Both the position numbers and the translations under genes were made by a program. The notes under the pieces were generated by a model. The model had not been told where the DNA came from. It saw nothing but the letters and a program-made list of their open reading frames with translations, and made no database searches. DNA of 20,000 nt, taken from the IMG/VR virus record IMGVR_UViG_3300033806_000075; one strand, written 5' to 3'. Below, in pieces: positions 15,674-20,000 of this stretch (position 1 is its first letter; each line of letters starts with the position of its first letter). Source of the stretch: an uncultured virus (IMG/VR IMGVR_UViG_3300033806_000075). Its lineage: Duplodnaviria > Heunggongvirae > Uroviricota > Caudoviricetes.

Positions 15674-16345
15674 TTAGGTTAGGACTCCCGGGTCCAGTAT
15701 GCCTCGAAGCTTCGTTAGCGCGGCTCGCTCGATCTGACAGACGGAAAAGGTTGACATCCTCAGTCGCCGAGCCACTGAGGGGGCTGAAAGCGGTGTGCAG
15801 TCCAGGCCGAAACGGTGGCGAACTACAAAGCTCTCGACTGTGCTCAAACGGTCGATTGATTGCGCAATCTCATTGACGTGGTCATTGAACACGAGCTCCT
15901 GATCTGGACCACAGCCGCGGACCTCTACATCCTCTAGGAGTCTTGCGATCGCGATCGGCGGTCGTGTCACATGCCTACGCACATGAATGATTGGTCCACT
16001 GGCTTCCAGTGCCAGCAGAATGCCCTTACGAATCCAATGTGCTGCATAGGTTGAGAACCGCGTGTTGTGCTTCTGCGGGTCAAATGCATCGACTGCGCGG
16101 ATTAGGCCCCACATCCCCTCCTGAATCAGGTCGTCGAGCAGATCGCCCTGGTCCGCATAGCGATGTGCCAGGTTCACGACCAAGCCCATGTTAGCCAGAA
16201 TCATCCGCTCGCGGGCCGCTGCGTCGCCGGCTTTGATGCGCGCGGCTAGCATCCGCTCTTCCCCGGTTGTGAGCAAGGGCGGTCTCATCTTACGCGCGCG
16301 CCGGCCTCGGCCTCGCTCGGAAGGATCTTCACAAGTCGCGCTCAT
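15674..16345 (-). CDS. RpoD-like sigma-70 factor, reduced (regions 1.2, 2, 4)
   Basis: PLLTTGEERMLA, MILANMGLVVNLAHRY, DDLIQEGMWGLIRAVDAFDP, RFSTYAAHWIR, RHRFGLD...QIERAALTKLR. Confidence 0.93.
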   Translation of the reverse strand: MSATCEDPSERGRGRRARKMRPPLLTTGEERMLAARIKAGDAAARERMILANMGLVVNLAHRYADQGDLLDDLIQEGMWGLIRAVDAFDPQKHNTRFSTYAAHWIRKGILLALEASGPIIHVRRHVTRPPIAIARLLEDVEVRGCGPDQELVFNDHVNEIAQSIDRLSTVESFVVRHRFGLDCTPLSAPSVARRLRMSTFSVCQIERAALTKLRGILDPGVLT

Positions 16346-16377
16346 GGTGCTATATCAAGGTGTCTACACGTATCGCG

Positions 16378-16818
16378 CTAGCTGTTTGTCTTCGCCGTTG
16401 CCCGCGATTGCCGGCCTGCCTCGTTCCGCGGCTTTGCGGCGGGCACAGCGATCTTGTCTTGGCCTGTGGCCGGAGCGAGGCTCAAGCCGATGCCGGCCAA
16501 CCGCATCCCAAGCTCCGTGAGCTTGTAGATGCGACGCGGACCGTCAGCCTGGGAGATAACCACGTCGGATTGGCGAAGGAGCCTCAGGGCCGGTGATAAG
16601 GGTGATGGGGGCTGGCCGATCGCTCTGCTGAGATCCACGACCGATTGCTCTCCCTGGGCTAGCGACATGACGATTCGATACCGCAGGGGCACTGCCAGGT
16701 GGCTGAAGAGGGTGCAGGCCCAGGTCACCTGCCGGGTATCGGTCCCTCTCTTCTTGGGTTTCGCCCTGCTAGTCTTGGCGGCTGGTTCCGCGATCATCGC
16801 CGCTGTCTTTGCTGCCAT
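16378..16818 (-). CDS. ArsR/SmtB-type winged-HTH regulator
   Basis: LFSHLAVPLRYRIVMSLAQGEQSVVDLSRAIGQPPSPLSPALRLLR...DGPRRIYKLT; AAAGGA SD before ATG 16818. Confidence 0.85.
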   Translation of the reverse strand: MAAKTAAMIAEPAAKTSRAKPKKRGTDTRQVTWACTLFSHLAVPLRYRIVMSLAQGEQSVVDLSRAIGQPPSPLSPALRLLRQSDVVISQADGPRRIYKLTELGMRLAGIGLSLAPATGQDKIAVPAAKPRNEAGRQSRATAKTNS

Positions 16819-17104
16819 ACCGTTTCCTTTCTTGTGTCGTGTCCCGCGCTCGCCCCTCATTGCCTCAGGATCGCTCACACTATTATGACCGCGCTTTTGG
16901 ACATTGCCGGTTCCGGAGGCGTTTTCGGTGGGACCAATTATGCGCAACTTCCAAAAATCCGAAAGCTCGGAACCACCGCAACGGTCGTGACTTATGTGCT
17001 GAGTGGCAAACAGAGGCCGAAACCGTAAGGCTCACGTCGCCGTAAGCTCGTAAGTAGGAACATCTCGTTTCCCATCTCGCCTTCTTCCTGTCGATCGAGA
17101 GCCT

Positions 17105-17278
17105 ATGCTCCAGCAACTCGGTTCTCTCCTGTTCCGGGCCTGGCCCGCCATCGTCGGTGTCTGTGGATGCGTCTGGTTCGGTGCCCATGGCCAGTTCGCA
17201 GAGGCCGCCGCGGCCCTCACCGGTGGCCTCTGCGGCTTCCAAGTCCTGCACCAAACCAAGCCCGCCAACGCGATATGA
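17105..17278 (+). CDS. small holin-like membrane protein (57 aa; not in ORF track)
   Basis: MLQQLGSLLFRAWPAIVGVCGCVWFGAHGQFAEAAAALTGGLCGFQVLHQTKPANAI; two hydrophobic stretches; ATGA overlap with next gene. Confidence 0.55.
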   Translation: MLQQLGSLLFRAWPAIVGVCGCVWFGAHGQFAEAAAALTGGLCGFQVLHQTKPANAI

Positions 17279-17616
17279 AACTCGACTCCGCACTGACGGC
17301 AGGCACTGCCTCGACCGGGCTTGGCGGCGCCCTCATTGCGCAGGTAACGCAATCCCCTGAGGTCACAGTCGGCGCAATCATTCTGGCGGTGATTGGCCTG
17401 ATCGGAATCATCGCCAACGGCCACTACAAGCTCTTGCAGGACCGCGAACGCACCGGCGAGCTGCGAGCGGAACTCGAGCGCTATCGAGCCCTATGCACGA
17501 AACAGGGAAAGTGCCCTTTTTCGGCCGACGGTCGGCCCGCCTGCGCCGAAGCAGACCAGATCACAACTGGCGGTGGTACGGATGAGCAACGGAAGCCACA
17601 GGAGTCTGTTCATTGA
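17275..17616 (+). CDS. membrane protein, holin-like
   Basis: TM VTVGAIILAVIGLIGIIA followed by a coiled coil and three Cys. Confidence 0.65.
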   Translation: MKLDSALTAGTASTGLGGALIAQVTQSPEVTVGAIILAVIGLIGIIANGHYKLLQDRERTGELRAELERYRALCTKQGKCPFSADGRPACAEADQITTGGGTDEQRKPQESVH

Positions 17617-17803
17617 GGTCGCTGCTTATCTACTCGTAGCGGCCGTTATTACGTTCTTCGCTGCTGAACTCCAGATCCTGCGCGCCGACCTCGCTAGTCA
17701 CCGGGACTACGTCCGGCTCGAACGCGACCCGCGATGGGAGAAGATTTTCAAGCGGATCATCGAGCATATCGACCGGGAAGAGGCTCTCTTTGAGCACCGG
17801 TAG
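17582..17803 (+). CDS. single-TM membrane protein
   Basis: LFIEVAAYLLVAAVITFFAA followed by a charged helix. Confidence 0.65.
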   Translation: MSNGSHRSLFIEVAAYLLVAAVITFFAAELQILRADLASHRDYVRLERDPRWEKIFKRIIEHIDREEALFEHR

Positions 17804-18053
17804 AAGCATTGACCTGGCCTTTGGCTCGGCCGCAGGCTGCACGGTGACCAGTGTCGCCGTGACTCTACTGACAGCCAATCGCCGGCAGCGATCGCACGAT
17901 GCCGACGAGCACCGCCGCGATCTTCCCGAGCTTGAGCACGATGAAGACAACCTGGGAGTGGAATCGCGCATGCTTTGCTCGCTGGGCGGGTTCGAGAAGC
18001 AGATAGTTGAATTCTTGAACCAGACGAACGCTGAGAAGGAGACGACGGAGTAA
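17790..18053 (+). CDS. small protein with hydrophobic N-terminus
   Basis: TTG with GAGG SD; TAATG coupling to the protease gene. Confidence 0.55.
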   Translation: MSTGRSIDLAFGSAAGCTVTSVAVTLLTANRRQRSHDADEHRRDLPELEHDEDNLGVESRMLCSLGGFEKQIVEFLNQTNAEKETTE

Positions 18054-18946
18054 TGGCCGTTCCCTCTGGTTTCATCCCCGGCTGGCTCGGTATCGACGAG
18101 ACGCAGCGAGCCTGCGCCGCCGCCTTCCCGCCCCTGGCCGTTGCCTCGCCCAAGCTCTTCGCCGCTCCGCTGCCCCAAACCAAGCCGATCGCGCTCTACA
18201 AGGCTTGGCGCGATGTGCTAGGCCACGACCCGAGCTACCCCGCTCAGCAGATCGGTGACTGCGTCTCGTTTGGCCACGGACACGCGAACGACCTACTCCA
18301 GTGCATCGAGATCAAACTCGGCGAGGAGGCCCTCTACGAGGAGACGGACACCGAGTTCATCTATGCCACATCGCGCATGGTCGCCGGCATCCTCAATTCG
18401 GGCGACGGTTCCTACGGCGCCGCCGCCATCAAGGCGATGATGAGCGTGGGCATGGTCAGCCGCGAGATGTTAGGATTGGTCGGCCACTACCGAGGCGAGC
18501 GGGCCAGGCGATGGGGCACGCAGGGACCGCCCGCTGCTTATGTGCAGAAAGCCGAGAACTATAAGCTAGGGGCCGCAGCCCAGGTGACGACGTGGGACGA
18601 GTTGGTGGTCGCCATCGGGAACGGCTACCCGGTTACGTTCTGCACGCAGCAGGGATTCACTCTCGAGCGCGACGAGGACGGATTCTGCACGCCGGAGGGA
18701 GAGTGGGGCCACTGCATGGCGATCGGCGGGGTGCGATTCGATCGCCAGGGCGCGTGCGTCCTTCAGAGCTGGGGTCCGGATGTTCCGACCGGTCCGCTTG
18801 CGCTCGGTCAGCCTACGTTCTCCTTCTGGGTTGAGCGGCACGTGATCGAGCGCATACTTGCTGAGGGCGACTCGTGGGCGATCGCAAAAGCCCCGGAGTT
18901 CGCCCACCGGCCCGTGCACCAGCTCGCGAGCTTCGTGCCGGAGTAA
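18053..18946 (+). CDS. papain-like (C1) cysteine peptidase
   Basis: QQIGDCVSFG (oxyanion Q, catalytic C), DGSYG, WGHCMAIGG (H), LQSWG (NSWG equivalent). Confidence 0.85.
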   Translation: MAVPSGFIPGWLGIDETQRACAAAFPPLAVASPKLFAAPLPQTKPIALYKAWRDVLGHDPSYPAQQIGDCVSFGHGHANDLLQCIEIKLGEEALYEETDTEFIYATSRMVAGILNSGDGSYGAAAIKAMMSVGMVSREMLGLVGHYRGERARRWGTQGPPAAYVQKAENYKLGAAAQVTTWDELVVAIGNGYPVTFCTQQGFTLERDEDGFCTPEGEWGHCMAIGGVRFDRQGACVLQSWGPDVPTGPLALGQPTFSFWVERHVIERILAEGDSWAIAKAPEFAHRPVHQLASFVPE

Positions 18947-19041
18947 AAAGGGCATGGACGGTTGGCAAAGGTCGCTAGATGAGTCATTTGGGGCCGTTTG
19001 CCTCGTCGAGTTGGACTTCGATCTCTATGAGTACCTGACCG

Positions 19042-19269
19042 ATGCCGACCCTTACTGTTGCTACGTGGAAGGCTGGTTTTGACGAGCCGCCGCGGTGCCG
19101 GCACTGCGGGGCGCCGGGCAAGCCATTTCTGGGAACGGAGGTAGCGCTGTGCAAAGCATGTGCGCAAAACCTGATCTACCGAGCCCGCCGGCAAGTGCGG
19201 CCACCGAGGCAATCCTACCCGCCCGCTGGTGCCCCCCACTTCCTACTCCCGCCAGAGACCGAAACCTGA
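19042..19269 (+). CDS. small CxxC..CxxC protein
   Basis: CRHCG...LCKAC. Confidence 0.5.
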   Translation: MPTLTVATWKAGFDEPPRCRHCGAPGKPFLGTEVALCKACAQNLIYRARRQVRPPRQSYPPAGAPHFLLPPETET

Positions 19270-19448
19270 TTCGCGTCTGGTACCATCAGGCAACCGGCTG
19301 GTATGCGAGCGTGGGAACCTTGACGCGGCGAGAGAGCCGGATCGTGGGCCCCTACAATACGCCGCCCGAAGCCATCGCTACACTGAACTCTGCGATCATC
19401 GACTTCGGGTATCAGTTTGATCGAGCCTGGGACCCGACAGCAGCATGA
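19266..19448 (+). CDS. small hypothetical protein (possible CTG start)
   Basis: Protein-like part LIRVWYHQATGWY..VGPYNTPPEAI begins at a CTGA overlap and ends in an ATGA overlap. Confidence 0.45.
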   Translation: MIRVWYHQATGWYASVGTLTRRESRIVGPYNTPPEAIATLNSAIIDFGYQFDRAWDPTAA

Positions 19449-19681
19449 GCAAGCTCCATAGATTTCTGCCCTATTGCCAGCCTATCTCTGAGGTGTTGGC
19501 GGGACTAGGTAAAGTTCAGCCTCTTGCGATCGACGGTCCGCCTTGCACCCAATGCCGACACTGGCATCCGGTGGTCTTGCTGGATAAACGATGGAACTAT
19601 GACGGGATTCGTCTTTGCCACGGCCCGGAACAGTTTTCCGACTTCAGTTGCTTTGAGCATCGCCCCGAAAAACCAGCCTGA
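19445..19681 (+). CDS. small Cys-rich protein
   Basis: CTQCRHW...LC...DFSCFE pattern; ATGA overlap. Confidence 0.6.
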   Translation: MSKLHRFLPYCQPISEVLAGLGKVQPLAIDGPPCTQCRHWHPVVLLDKRWNYDGIRLCHGPEQFSDFSCFEHRPEKPA

Positions 19682-20000
19682 TCCGATATCTCCCGTCGTC
19701 GAGGTCGTGCCACTCGCTGACCTGGTCGCCGATCCCGCTAACGTCCGTCGGCGAGATGAGCGAGCGAACACCACGCTCGATGCTTCTCTGCGGCGATTTG
19801 GTCCGGCCCGGTCCGTAGTGGTCGATGGCAAGGGCGTGGTCCGGGCCGGCAACGGCACGCTTGAGGCCGCGGCCCGTGCCGGCGTGAGCGAGGTCGTGAT
19901 CGTCGATCCCCAGCCCGGGCAGCTCGTGGCCGTCCGCCGCGGAGACTGGTCGCCGTCCGAGGCGACGGCGTACAGCATTGCCGACAACCGCACTGGGGAG
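19653..20000 (+). CDS. ParB/Srx-like N-terminal domain protein, 3'-truncated by window edge
   Basis: Hand translation: VPLADLVADPANVRRR..SLRRFGPARSVVVD..VRAGNGTLEAA..AYSIADNRTGE, typical of phage ParB-like proteins near packaging genes. Confidence 0.85.
   Translation, partial: MSIAPKNQPDPISPVVEVVPLADLVADPANVRRRDERANTTLDASLRRFGPARSVVVDGKGVVRAGNGTLEAAARAGVSEVVIVDPQPGQLVAVRRGDWSPSEATAYSIADNRTGE

Noticed and set aside
15090..15677. ORFs 15090..15431, 15199..15417 and 15486..15677
   Set aside because: No motifs or coupling; region more plausibly regulatory.
18954..19082. 42-aa acidic ORF after the protease
   Set aside because: Plausible but short, overlaps 19042..19269, and has no recognisable motif.
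19505..19993. 162-aa - strand ORF
   Set aside because: Shadow of the + strand ParB-like gene.

Overview
GC-rich, densely packed temperate-phage DNA. The host is probably a planctomycete, inferred from the styles of the prepilin, small HTH and papain-like proteins. Left to right: the 3' end of a Rad52/Rad22 (Sak)-like annealing protein; an HTH replication-initiator-like gene with internal 11-bp iterons; an attP-like site (3' half of tRNA-Arg(UCG) on the - strand plus a terminator downstream of it); a short tyrosine integrase; and a long, translationally coupled + strand run of early/accessory genes (pentapeptide repeat, DUF5131/Gp37-Gp68, a prepilin-type protein, many small hypotheticals). Then a small RHH-like gene with a tetramer array; a - strand block (HTH-Zn protein, two paralogous HTHs around an orphan scaffold-like protein, serine recombinase, reduced sigma-70, ArsR-type HTH); and a + strand lysis-like cluster (small membrane proteins plus a papain-like protease) ending in a ParB-like gene. 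Phage genes flank the att core on both sides, so this looks like the excised/virion form. The most striking feature is that the att core lies inside the uninterrupted replication-initiator reading frame, suggesting an integration-dependent switch. All family calls are from motif recognition by eye; no searches were run.
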